Shown one piece after another: positions 47,378 through 56,133 of a DNA stretch of 64,000 bases. Location of the stretch: contig CAVZUZ010000012.1 in the NCBI GenBank assembly GCA_963778565.1, positions 432,578 to 496,577 of the forward strand, written 5' to 3'. The notes beneath the pieces were generated by a model. It saw nothing but the letters and a program-made list of their open reading frames with translations, was not told the origin of the DNA and ran no database searches. Each line of letters opens with the position of its first letter. The stretch's first letter is position 1. Origin of the DNA: Thermoanaerobaculaceae bacterium (GTDB taxonomy: Bacteria > Acidobacteriota > Thermoanaerobaculia > Multivoradales > UBA5704). Position numbers and translations under genes: made by a program.

Positions 47378-47564
47378 CCTGTGATGATTCGGACAATCCT
47401 CTGTGTCTTAAGCTGAAAGATGATCTTGCGGTCTGCCGCCGACTGGGGCACTCTCCTCCCGCCCGTGGCGCAACCTCAGCGATCGCAAGAACATCAAATC
47501 CTGCCGAGCGCAATGCCCTGACAACCGCGAAGTCGCAGCCTTCGTCAGCCAGGAAAGGGGGCAT
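47370..47564 (-). pseudogene. DUF5615 (Mut7-C/PIN-like) toxin-type gene, truncated or frame-broken
   Basis: MPPFLADEGCDFAVVRALRSAGFDVLAIAEVAPRA matches the DUF5615 N-terminus. Homology is then lost, and an alternative frame gives only ..ADRKIIFQLKTQRIVRIITGWPL*. Confidence 0.55.
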
Positions 47565-47581
47565 CTGTCAGCATGCGGAAG

Positions 47582-47809
47582 TTATTGCGGTAGGAAGATG
47601 GTCTCTTCATGGGCAATGGTGTCTGCCGCATAAGCGACGGCTGCACGGATGTCCTCGCGCTGAAGGCGCGGATAGGCGTCCAAGAGGTCGTCTTCGGTCG
47701 CACCCTCGCTGATTTTGCGCAGCAGAAGCTCGACGGGTATTCGGGTTCCTCGGATAACGGGCTTTCCCATCATTACCTTCGGGTTGATCTCGATGCGATC
47801 TGTAGTCAT
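47582..47809 (-). CDS. DUF433 antitoxin-type protein (75 aa)
   Basis: INPKVMMGKPVIRGTRIPVELLLRKISEGATEDDLLDAYPRLQREDIRAAVAYAA is a DUF433 signature. The ATG is at 47809. Confidence 0.85.
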   Translation of the reverse strand: MTTDRIEINPKVMMGKPVIRGTRIPVELLLRKISEGATEDDLLDAYPRLQREDIRAAVAYAADTIAHEETIFLPQ

Positions 47810-47906
47810 GATCTGGGCTACCTCAAACCATCCTCCGCCTGCAGGGCTATATTGGCACTTCCTCTCACCTCCGTCCAGAGAGGGACATCGCCTCAAGCCT
47901 ACTCTC

Positions 47907-50831
47907 TCACCACCCCTTCGCCGCCTCCTCAGCATCCGCCAGCTCCCCGTCCCGCCGGTGGTAGCCATGCTTCTCGATCAACCGGCGGGCCTCGGCCAGC
48001 GCGGCACGGTCGCGGAAGAGGCGAGCGCGATAGAGCTGAATGTCAGCCTGGAACAGCGGCATCGGCCCCCGCTCGGCGATCTCCCACGCTTCGTCCAGGT
48101 CTGCGCGGCAACCCGGCTCGTCGCAGGAGAGACATCGCAGCCAAGCACGAGTCAGTAAGACGAGAGGCAAGCGGCTAACGTCACCGGACGCGCGGAAGCC
48201 CTTGACGGCGGCGGTCATGTGGTCGAGCGCGGCGTGCCGGATGGGAAACGCGGAGTGGGCCTTGTACAACGTGACTCGGACAAGCGTGAGTTCGATCAAA
48301 GCAATATCAAGAAGTGAATCGTCAGGTACTCGCCATTCAATCCACTGACGGGCTCGTTCTCCGACGGTGTCGCAGGCGGCAATAGATGCCGTAAGCATCC
48401 CATTGGGTCCAGTCTCCTTGTTAAACCAACGTTGCCACTCCGTGCGTTCCGCGTCGGCCAACAGAAGATCGCAGTATAGGAAGCCTTGCAGTGAGTAGAG
48501 TCGAGGGTAAGTCGGCTGGCGCGCGGCTTGCCGGGACTCCGCGTCCTCAAATAGACGCCGCGCCTCAGTGCGACGGCCCGCCTGGTGTAGAGCCGCGGCC
48601 AGTAACGTGCGGCGGCCCAGTTGCTGAAACAAGTCCCCGCTGAGGTCAGCATACATCACCGACTGCTCGCCAGCAGCTACCGCCACGGCGATCTCACCCC
48701 GCGTGAGTTCCAGGTCGCTCAGGTTGCCAGCGTTGATTGCGGCTTGTTTCCATTCCTTATCTTGGACGTGCATCGCCAGCCCAGCCCGCATCGGCTCGAC
48801 CGCCTCGGTCAGTCGACCAAGGGCTCGCAATCTGTAGGCCGCCTCGCTGAGCAGCCAAGCTTGGACGACGGGCGCAAAGTTCGACGCGAAGATGGCCCAC
48901 GGTGTCGTAAAGAAACACGCCACCGCCCCCAGGTCCGCACCGATTGCGCCGAGCTTCTTCACGCTGTAACCCTCGCCGCACCGCAGTATGCGATCGCTGT
49001 AGACATCGTCACCCGCCCGCTGGTGCAACCCGGCCAGACAAGCGTGGGCCACGGCCTGGTACAGCGGCTGGAGACCTTCGATTCCCTCCGGCCAGTACGG
49101 GGCTGTGCCGCTCAGGTGCTCGAACAGCCGTCGGTGGCCGGCTTGCCACGCCGCCGGAAACCGCGTCCGCACCTGTTCGACAAAACACTCGCGCAGCAGT
49201 GGATGAGCATCCACGGCCGGCGATCTGTCCGGTCCAGCGAAGTCGATCAACCGCAAGTCGCGCAGACGGTTGAGCACGCGGTTCCACTGCGACTGCGGGA
49301 GATCCAGCAACGGCGCGCTTACCTCAGCCAGCGAGTCCTCGATACGATTCGACAGAGGCCGCTTGTCGGCCGGTTTGTCCTCTTTCGGCCACTCGTAAAC
49401 CACCGCCTCCCGCGCACGGAGCACGTCGAGGAGCTGCCGCTCGGCAGCGCGGTCAAAGAAGCCAAGCAGACGCAGCACCGCGACCTCGGGACTGTCATCG
49501 CCAAGATGGCGCACGTAGGCCGCGAACATCTTTCGGGCGTGGCCCTGGTGCTCGGTGTCCTCCTCCAGCAGCACAACCTCGCCCCGGCGGCGGATATCGC
49601 GGTGGTCCGTCGCGTTCTTCAGGAACGAGCCAAGTAGCATCAGCGAGTAGGCATGCCCGTGAAACTCGTCCGACGCCTGCCGCAGCTCCTCGTCCGGACC
49701 GACGACCTGAAACTCCCGCAACAGCTCCACCCCGTCGTCGCGATGCAGGTGGTCGAGCGACTGCTGGATGACCGTCGCGCCCTCGCGCGCCTCCAGCTCG
49801 ACCACAGGCTGCCGCGAGGTGATCAGGCACAAGCCGCGCGTTTCGGCGTGAGGGACGTTGGCCAGCGACAGCAGCAATCGTGCGATGCCGGGATCTTTCA
49901 GACGGCCACGCTCGGCATGCAGCGGGGGATGCTGCAAGGGTTCGAGGCCGTCGAGCACTAGCAACCCGTGGTGCTCGACGAGCAACCGGGCCAGCGCGCG
50001 TCCCCGTTCATCGGCCTGGGTGATCGGCTCGCCGCGATAGCCGAAGCAGGCGAGGGCTTGCTCGAAGAACAGCTCGGACGATGCATTACGCCGCTCGTCG
50101 CTCCCCTGGCTGTAGAACGAATGTACGAACACCCGCCGCGCTCCACGCCAGCCGTCATCGCGCATCCGCCGCAGCCACTCGACCACCACCCGCGTCTTGC
50201 CCGCCCCGCCCTCGGCATGCAGCGCGAAGATCCGTACCCCCTCCGACCACGCCCGATCCAGCGCCGCCAACTCCTCGCGCCGTCCGACGAAGCCCTCACC
50301 GTAGATGCGGAGCTCATCGGTCCATTTGGGTTCGATGAATTCGGCCGGCTCCTCTTCGGGTTCGTCGGACTTGTTGGGATGCGCTCCGGCATCGGCCCCA
50401 AGCCTCTGCAGGATCAGCCCGGCGATATCGGACGCGGGTCGGCTGCCAATGTCTACGTGGCCATCGCCCACTAGGATGCCGAGCTCCGAGAGATCACCCG
50501 GTGACCCGAAGCTCACCAGCATGATGCGGTCCTCATCGAGCGTCGCGATGAGCTGCCGGATGTGCCGCCACTCAAGCTGGCACCATCTCTTCGCCGCATA
50601 CGCCGGACAAAGGAAGATGACGATCAGCTCGGACTGCTCGCGGTACAAGCGGGGCAGATAGACATCGAGGTTGACCCGAGCGAGCTCGGCTTCATGGAAC
50701 TTGTCGTACAGCACCCGCTCCCGGTCGACCGCGGCGGAAAGATGCTCGGCCACCTGCTCGACGAACGCGCGATGCTCGCCGGGAAACGACAGGGCGATGC
50801 GGAAGCGCCGAGGGGAACCCGATTCGGACAT
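47907..50831 (-). CDS. TIR-domain STAND (NB-ARC-type) NTPase with a C-terminal TPR-like sensor region; an NLR-like protein of 974 aa
   Basis: The TIR-like N-terminus is FRIALSFPGEHRAFV...SELIVIFLCPAYAAKRWCQLEW (Glu retained). The NTPase has FVGRREELAALD, Walker A AEGGAGKTRVV, Walker B LLVLDGLE and CLITSRQ. About 500 aa of helical repeats follow. Confidence 0.85.
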   Translation of the reverse strand: MSESGSPRRFRIALSFPGEHRAFVEQVAEHLSAAVDRERVLYDKFHEAELARVNLDVYLPRLYREQSELIVIFLCPAYAAKRWCQLEWRHIRQLIATLDEDRIMLVSFGSPGDLSELGILVGDGHVDIGSRPASDIAGLILQRLGADAGAHPNKSDEPEEEPAEFIEPKWTDELRIYGEGFVGRREELAALDRAWSEGVRIFALHAEGGAGKTRVVVEWLRRMRDDGWRGARRVFVHSFYSQGSDERRNASSELFFEQALACFGYRGEPITQADERGRALARLLVEHHGLLVLDGLEPLQHPPLHAERGRLKDPGIARLLLSLANVPHAETRGLCLITSRQPVVELEAREGATVIQQSLDHLHRDDGVELLREFQVVGPDEELRQASDEFHGHAYSLMLLGSFLKNATDHRDIRRRGEVVLLEEDTEHQGHARKMFAAYVRHLGDDSPEVAVLRLLGFFDRAAERQLLDVLRAREAVVYEWPKEDKPADKRPLSNRIEDSLAEVSAPLLDLPQSQWNRVLNRLRDLRLIDFAGPDRSPAVDAHPLLRECFVEQVRTRFPAAWQAGHRRLFEHLSGTAPYWPEGIEGLQPLYQAVAHACLAGLHQRAGDDVYSDRILRCGEGYSVKKLGAIGADLGAVACFFTTPWAIFASNFAPVVQAWLLSEAAYRLRALGRLTEAVEPMRAGLAMHVQDKEWKQAAINAGNLSDLELTRGEIAVAVAAGEQSVMYADLSGDLFQQLGRRTLLAAALHQAGRRTEARRLFEDAESRQAARQPTYPRLYSLQGFLYCDLLLADAERTEWQRWFNKETGPNGMLTASIAACDTVGERARQWIEWRVPDDSLLDIALIELTLVRVTLYKAHSAFPIRHAALDHMTAAVKGFRASGDVSRLPLVLLTRAWLRCLSCDEPGCRADLDEAWEIAERGPMPLFQADIQLYRARLFRDRAALAEARRLIEKHGYHRRDGELADAEEAAKGW

Positions 50832-50878
50832 GGTCCCTTATTATGAAAGAGGCGGAAGGCTGAAGGACAGCCGTCTTC

Positions 50879-50976
50879 CGCCCAGCGCTTCCGCACTGGG
50901 CTATCGAGACGTCGCCCTGAGGGCGATTGCTCCAGAGGAGCAACGTTTCGCTAGCCCGGTGCGGGAGCGCCGGGCG
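50879..50976. repeat. Type C palindromic repeat, copy 2 (a partial extra unit lies near 51047..51100)
   Basis: CGCCCAGCGCTTCCGCACTGGGCTATCGAGACGTCGCC...TAGCCCGGTGCGGGAGCGCCGGGCG, about 50 nt upstream of the TIR-STAND start. Confidence 0.8.
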
Positions 50977-51133
50977 CGAGGCGACGGCGACCTGCCTGCC
51001 GCCACCCCTTCGGGGCTGCTCGGGAATTTGAGACCCACCGTTCCTGGGGCTGGCGCCCCAGGCTACATGCCGTCGCCGCTTTGCGGCGAAACTTGGCGCA
51101 GATTCCGCGCGAGACGCGCTGACTTGAAACCCC

Positions 51134-51583
51134 TCACTCCCGCCGCCGGTTCGAATTGTCCATATCCGACATGATGAGCCACCTCCCGTCCGAGCCCTTG
51201 CGCAGCGTCAGCGTGAACTTCCCATCGTCCGGCTTCCCGGCCGCCCCGGCGTAGCCGCCGATGATGTATCCCACCTTGCCCTCGGCCGCGTAGGCGATGG
51301 CCCGCAGCGACAGCGGTCCGCCGTGTCCCGTGTAGTGCTTCTCGATCGCCGCCCTTCCGCGCACCGGCAGCCCTCCGTTCGGCAGCACGAAGCCGTCCTC
51401 GGCGAACAGGCTTGCCAGCGCCGCCGCGTCTCGCTGCCCCCAGGCAGTCTCGTAATCCCTCAGCACTCGCGCCAGGTCCGGCGGCAGCGTCACGGAAGGC
51501 TCGGCTGCCGGTGCCGCCTGTTGGCCGACCGCCGGTATGGCCAGTACCAAGATCATGAGGAGCGTTCCTGCTGTTTTGCGCAT
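51134..51583 (-). CDS. SnoaL-like/DUF4440 (NTF2-fold) protein, secreted
   Basis: A signal peptide, then ..WGQRDAAALASLFAEDGFVLPNGG.PVRGRAAIEKHY...GKFTLTLRKGSDGRWLIMSDM is a DUF4440-like pattern. Confidence 0.7.
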   Translation of the reverse strand: MRKTAGTLLMILVLAIPAVGQQAAPAAEPSVTLPPDLARVLRDYETAWGQRDAAALASLFAEDGFVLPNGGLPVRGRAAIEKHYTGHGGPLSLRAIAYAAEGKVGYIIGGYAGAAGKPDDGKFTLTLRKGSDGRWLIMSDMDNSNRRRE

Positions 51584-51597
51584 AGTTGTGGTCTCCC

Positions 51598-52536
51598 TTA
51601 CTGCTGATGCACGGCCGGTTGGACGCTTTCGAGGTGGTCCTCGATCAGCCCGACGAGCTCGTTCACGATATCGGTTTTGCGCGCGCCCACGTGCTCCGTT
51701 TCGGTCCAGATGAGCGTCTTGGGCTCGCCGGCGCGGTCGAAGAGTGCCTGGACTCCAGGGACCGAAAAGTACTTGTCCCGCCGGCTGGACACCATCACCA
51801 GCCGGCGCGGCGCGATGCGGCCGATGTAGCGCCCGGGCTCGAAGCTGTCCACCAGGACGGCCGCCGTGCCGGCCAGCAGCTCTCCCCGCCAGAAGCGGCC
51901 CCTGCGACGTTCGTAGCCGCGCAGAGTGGCGGGAAAGTCACCGCCGCCGTGTACCAGGAGGACGGTGCCGACACGCGGATCCAGGGCGCCGTGGATGACG
52001 GCGAAGCCGGAGCCCAGGCTGGCGCCGAGCACGGTGATCCGGTCCATCCCCAGGCCCTCGGTCTCCTGAAGATAGCTCAGCGCCAGCATGCCCCCGGCCA
52101 CCGCGCGGAACACCGCCCGGCGAAGGTGATACGGCCCGAAAAGGTACTCCGCCGGCGTCCGCGGACGCGTGAAGGGATACTGGACCGCGACGAGAACCAC
52201 GTCCGGCCGATCGGGGATCAGGCGCAGGATCTGTGCCCCGGTCTTCTCCCCGGCGTAGGTGAGGAGAATCCGGTAGCCGTTGGAGAGCCGGCGCGGCGTG
52301 CGCACATAGGCGGTGGCGACCGCCTCGCCGCGATCGTTGTGGAGCTCCACCAGGCGCGTCCGGGAGGCCGGACCGGTGGACGCCTCAAGGACGCGGGCAC
52401 CGCTGTACGTGCCGCGGGTGAGATAGAACTCGTCGGTCTTGTCGGCGCGGAGGAAGAAGACCAGGCCCGTTGCTGCGATCACCAGCGCCGCAAGGACCGC
52501 GAGAAGAATCCGGCGCCGCTTGTTCTTCCGGAGCAT
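51598..52536 (-). CDS. Alpha/beta hydrolase (dienelactone-hydrolase-like), membrane anchored
   Basis: An N-terminal TM, the nucleophile elbow GASLGS, LLVHGGGD and a late His (TETEHVG). Confidence 0.7.
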   Translation of the reverse strand: MLRKNKRRRILLAVLAALVIAATGLVFFLRADKTDEFYLTRGTYSGARVLEASTGPASRTRLVELHNDRGEAVATAYVRTPRRLSNGYRILLTYAGEKTGAQILRLIPDRPDVVLVAVQYPFTRPRTPAEYLFGPYHLRRAVFRAVAGGMLALSYLQETEGLGMDRITVLGASLGSGFAVIHGALDPRVGTVLLVHGGGDFPATLRGYERRRGRFWRGELLAGTAAVLVDSFEPGRYIGRIAPRRLVMVSSRRDKYFSVPGVQALFDRAGEPKTLIWTETEHVGARKTDIVNELVGLIEDHLESVQPAVHQQ

Positions 52537-52548
52537 GGTTTCCTTCCG

Positions 52549-53061
52549 TCATATTCTACTCCGCCGCTGCGGCCGCTTGTAGAGAGCCTCGCGTTTCGCC
52601 GTTCCCTTGCGGGCGAGCTCGAGCCGGCCTTCGGCAAGCATGCGCCGCAAAACGTCCGAGGCGGTTCGCGATCCAACGGGTTCGGCTAAGTGGCCGGCGT
52701 AGCGGCGGCTGGTCTCCTCCGCGACGGCGGCGGGGCCGAACGGCTCTTGCAGGTCCGGACTCCCGGCGACCAGCTCCACCATCCGGCCGACCCTCTTCCG
52801 GCCAGGAGGCGGAATCTCGGCCTCCGCGCGTCTCGGCACCGGCTGGGCCGCCGCCGAGTCGGCGACGGTGCGGAAGACCTCCAGGTCCTGCACGACCTTC
52901 TCCAACTCGGCCACGTGGAGCGCCCGCTGCTCCCGGTGATGCACCACTTGCTGGGTATGAAAGGCCTCCTGGTCACGATGGAAGGCCTCCTTCTCGCGAT
53001 GCAGCGCCGCGCGCGCCTCCAGATTGGCCACCACGTCCTCGACGGAGAGCTTCGTGCCCAT
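52549..53061 (-). CDS. Hypothetical protein (170 aa): His/Gln-rich coiled coil with a possible C-terminal winged-helix
   Basis: Coding-like composition. The C-terminal ..TASDVLRRMLAEGRLELARKGTAKREALYKR is wHTH-like (weak). Confidence 0.5.
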   Translation of the reverse strand: MGTKLSVEDVVANLEARAALHREKEAFHRDQEAFHTQQVVHHREQRALHVAELEKVVQDLEVFRTVADSAAAQPVPRRAEAEIPPPGRKRVGRMVELVAGSPDLQEPFGPAAVAEETSRRYAGHLAEPVGSRTASDVLRRMLAEGRLELARKGTAKREALYKRPQRRSRI

Positions 53062-53125
53062 CGCCCCTGGTCCTTGCCTCCATTGCGGTGAACCGTCCGA
53101 GAGACGATATCACGCCGGATCCCAT

Positions 53126-53432
53126 TTGCAGTGAATCAGGTTGTCTTGCGGTGAATAGCTTCAGTTGCGGCACAGAACGCGGCTTGCGGTGAACAAGGCC
53201 AGTTGCGGCCCCTTATTCGAGTTGCGGCGCAGAAGGCGAGTTGCGGCAAAGAAGCCTGTCTTGCGGTGCATGACCCTAGACGCGGCGCAGGAGGAGAGTT
53301 GCGGTGAAGAACGCCGTTCACTGCAAATGAACGCGAGACGCGGTGAAGAAGGCGAGACGCGGTGAAGGAGAGGAGATGCGGTGAAGCGCCCGCTTCGCCG
53401 CAAGTAATTCCAGTTGCGCCGTAGAAGCTTCG
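53126..53432. repeat. About 16 tandem 19-20-bp units, consensus TTGCGGTGAAGAAGGCGAG, with two units inverted
   Basis: Unit starts lie at 53126, 53146, 53165, 53184, 53203, 53222, 53241, 53261, 53280, 53299, (inverted 53316), 53337, 53356, 53375, (inverted 53393) and 53414. Confidence 0.9.
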
Positions 53433-53437
53433 CGGTC

Positions 53438-55108
53438 CTACACCCGCCGCAGCAGCACCAACGTCTGGTCGTCTCCCTGAGGGAGGCCGCGGGAGTGCTC
53501 GCCGACGGCGCGGAGGATCTCTTCGATCAGCTCCGAGAGAGGCCGGCCGCGCTCGCGGCGGAGAAGCTCGATCAGGCCGTCCATGCCGAACTCCACGTCC
53601 TCCGACGACTCGGCCTCGGTGATGCCGTCGCTGTAGATGCAGAGCAGGTCGCCCGGCTCCAGCGTGACGGCGCGGGACTGGTAATGGGCCTGCGGGAGCA
53701 GCCCCAGCGGCACGCCGCCCGCGCCGAGCAGCTCGACCGCGCCATCGCCGCCATCGCCGCCATCGCCGCCATCGCCGCGATTGCCGCGATTGCCGCGCAG
53801 CAGGATGGCGGGGTTGTGGCCCGCATTCATGTAATGCAGGACGCCGGTATGCGGATCGAGCTCGGCCAGCATCATGGTGATGAACTTGTTGGCGGCGCTC
53901 GACTCGACGATGTGCCGGTTCAGTTTTTCGAGCAGGGCCGGCCCGAACGGGTTATGGTCCAAGAGCAGGCGCAGGGCCGAGTGCAGCGTCGAGACCATCA
54001 GGGCCGCCGGCATGCCCTTGCCGGAGACGTCCCCCAGCACCAGGCCGATCCGCCCGTCGCGGCGGGGAACGAGATCGTAGTAGTCGCCGCCGATCTGCCG
54101 CGCCGGACGGTACCAGCCGGCCAGCTCGAATCCCGGCACGACCGGCGCGCCCTTGGGGAGGATCTGGCGCTGGATCTCGGCCGCGAGGTGCATCTCGCGC
54201 TCCAGACGCTCCTTCTCCAGGGCCTGCAAGTGGAGGCGGGCGTTTTCGAGAGCGAGCGCCGCCTGGTTGGCGAAGAGCGCGAGCGTGCGCCGGTCCGCCG
54301 GCAGGAAGGGACCGACCCCCCGGCGGCTCTCCTTGTCGCCGACCGCGATCAGACCCCGCGGGCCGGCTTCGACCTCGATCGGCACGCCCAGCAGATAGCG
54401 GGTTCCCGGCAACAGCTTCGGCGGCGCCGGTCCGCCGCCGGCGAGGAAGGCGTGCAGCTCCGGATTCTGGACGGAGAACGACGGCGCGGCATCGCCGCCG
54501 AACGTGCGGTCCAGGCGGTAACGGCCGTCTTCGCCATCGTCGAGGATGTAGAGGGCGCCGCGCCGCGCGTCGAGCAGCCCGACGGCGCGCAGGAGGATCT
54601 CTTCCGACAGCCGATCGAGGTCGAGGGTCGAGGCCACCGCGAGACCCACGTCGTAGAGGGCCTCCAGCTCCACCACCCGGTAGTTCACCTGGAACTGCTG
54701 CTCTTTCAGGTCCTGCTTGAGGCGGCAGCTCTTGAGGGAGGAGGCGAGGAGCAAGGTCAGGGGATCGCTCATCGCCTGAGCGGTCTCGCCCCGGTCCAGG
54801 GCTTCGCGAGGCGCGAAAAAGAGCCGGCCGCCCGGGAAGGAGAGACTGCCGTAGTCGCCGGCCGCGCCGCCGTCCTCGAGAGCCTCGGGCAGGCCGTCGC
54901 CCACGGCGGCCTCCCGCACCAGCACCTCTCCTCGTTCCAGGTAGAGGCCGGCGGCCCCGGCACCGTGTTCCTGGCGCCAGAGATCGAGCAGCCGCTCGAG
55001 CAACTGACGCTCGCTGGTCTCGTCGCGGGAGAGGGCCAGCAGTTCGTCCCAGGCCCGCGCTACCGTGCCGGCCGTTGCGGAACCCTCCATCTCAGCTCCC
55101 GGTTTCAA
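53438..55108 (-). CDS. GAF-domain SpoIIE/PP2C phosphatase (RsbU/RsbP-like)
   Basis: GGDYYD, VLGDVSGKGMPAAL, NAGHNPAILL, IYSDGITEA and GDDQTLVLLRRV. The N-terminal part is GAF-like. An internal GNRGNRGDGGDGGDGGDG insert is present. Confidence 0.85.
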   Translation of the reverse strand: MKPGAEMEGSATAGTVARAWDELLALSRDETSERQLLERLLDLWRQEHGAGAAGLYLERGEVLVREAAVGDGLPEALEDGGAAGDYGSLSFPGGRLFFAPREALDRGETAQAMSDPLTLLLASSLKSCRLKQDLKEQQFQVNYRVVELEALYDVGLAVASTLDLDRLSEEILLRAVGLLDARRGALYILDDGEDGRYRLDRTFGGDAAPSFSVQNPELHAFLAGGGPAPPKLLPGTRYLLGVPIEVEAGPRGLIAVGDKESRRGVGPFLPADRRTLALFANQAALALENARLHLQALEKERLEREMHLAAEIQRQILPKGAPVVPGFELAGWYRPARQIGGDYYDLVPRRDGRIGLVLGDVSGKGMPAALMVSTLHSALRLLLDHNPFGPALLEKLNRHIVESSAANKFITMMLAELDPHTGVLHYMNAGHNPAILLRGNRGNRGDGGDGGDGGDGAVELLGAGGVPLGLLPQAHYQSRAVTLEPGDLLCIYSDGITEAESSEDVEFGMDGLIELLRRERGRPLSELIEEILRAVGEHSRGLPQGDDQTLVLLRRV

Positions 55109-55458
55109 GCAGCCCGCATCTGGGCCACCGCCGCCGCCTCGTCGCCGAAGATCGGCGCGTACTGCGCGAGGCCCATGATGTGGAAGGTCTTCTCGATCGT
55201 CGGCGTCAGGCAGCAGAACCCCAGCTTGCCGTTGATCTCGATCATCTTCTCGATGATCTCGATCAGGATGGAGATGCCGATCGAGTTGACGATCTTGGTG
55301 CCGGCCAGATTGAGCAGCAGCACCTTATAGCCTGCATCGAGGAGCTCGTAGGAGACCTTGGCGATCTCCTCACCCCCCTGGTTGTTGATATAGCCCTCGG
55401 TGTAGATCACCGCCAGCCCATCCCGGCGATCCACCGTCACGTTGAGGCTCTCGGTCAT
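55105..55458 (-). CDS. STAS-domain anti-sigma-factor antagonist (RsbV/SpoIIAA-like)
   Basis: The length is 117 aa. ..LLLNLAGTKIVNSIGISILIE.. has the phosphorylatable Ser context (NSIG). The stop overlaps the next start. Confidence 0.8.
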   Translation of the reverse strand: MTESLNVTVDRRDGLAVIYTEGYINNQGGEEIAKVSYELLDAGYKVLLLNLAGTKIVNSIGISILIEIIEKMIEINGKLGFCCLTPTIEKTFHIMGLAQYAPIFGDEAAAVAQMRAA

Positions 55459-55474
55459 CGGCTCGCCCCCGCTT

Positions 55475-55906
55475 TCATCGCATCTTACTCATTACGACAG
55501 TCGTTCCCTCGGTGCCGGAGCGGATTTCCACCTCGTCCATGAGCCCGCGGATGATCTTCAGCCCCCAGCCGCGCTTGCGGACCGCCTTGAGTTTACTCTC
55601 GATGTTGGGCGGCTCCACCTCTTCCGGAACAAAGCCGATGCCGTTGTCGTGAACCATAATGCGCAGCTTCTCCGGATCCCCCTCGCCGACGACCTGGAAG
55701 GTCACGAAGACCTCGCGGTCGGAGGCGCCGCTGTGCTCCAGGGCGTTGATGCAGGCCTCCACCACCGCCATCCGCACCTCGTCGATTCTATCCGGACTCA
55801 TGCGGATCGACTCGGCGATGGCGGTCGCCGTCTTGCTCGCCTCGATCTCCATCTCGGGGACCATCGGGAGCGCCAGCGTAACCTCCCTCAGAACGCCTTC
55901 AGCCAT
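55475..55906 (-). CDS. Anti-sigma regulatory Ser kinase (RsbW/SpoIIAB-like, HATPase_c_2)
   Basis: EACINALEHS (N-box), VHDNGIGF (G1) and RGWGLKIIRGLMDEV (G2). Confidence 0.85.
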   Translation of the reverse strand: MAEGVLREVTLALPMVPEMEIEASKTATAIAESIRMSPDRIDEVRMAVVEACINALEHSGASDREVFVTFQVVGEGDPEKLRIMVHDNGIGFVPEEVEPPNIESKLKAVRKRGWGLKIIRGLMDEVEIRSGTEGTTVVMSKMR

Positions 55907-55931
55907 TTCGTGCGGCCGCCCCGGGCTGAGA

Positions 55932-56087
55932 TCAAAACGACAGATAGAGCTGCACGGCGTAGATCACGATTGGGTGGACCAGGTCGTGAGACAACAACCA
56001 GCCGAAGCTGGCCAGCGAACCCACGGACAGCAGCACCTTGACCGGCACGTAAGGAACTTCGGCGTGCTTCCGAACGGAGTCTAGCAT
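55932..56087 (-). CDS. Small membrane protein (51 aa), first gene of the partner-switching operon
   Basis: A strong SD (GAGGAGGAATGCC) precedes the ATG at 56087. The sequence is MLDSVRKHAEVPYVPVKVLLSVGSLASFGWLL..IVIYAVQLYLSF. Confidence 0.55.
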   Translation of the reverse strand: MLDSVRKHAEVPYVPVKVLLSVGSLASFGWLLSHDLVHPIVIYAVQLYLSF

Positions 56088-56116
56088 GGCATTCCTCCTC
56101 ATCCGCACCCACTTAT

Positions 56117-56133
56117 CGCAAGGCCGCTGCCAA
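56117..56133 (-). promoter_or_regulatory. Sigma-54 (-24/-12) promoter candidate
   Basis: The minus strand reads TTGGCAGCGGCCTTGCG, that is TGGCAG-N5-TTGC against the consensus TGGCAC-N5-TTGC. It lies 30 nt upstream of the ATG at 56087 and directly downstream of a sigma-54 activator gene. Confidence 0.6.

Noticed and set aside
53136-53403. ORFs 53136..53321 and 53161..53403 (minus) as small protein genes
   Set aside because: They are read through the 19-bp tandem array. The period is not a multiple of 3, so the apparent peptide repeats drift between frames. There is no SD or start context.
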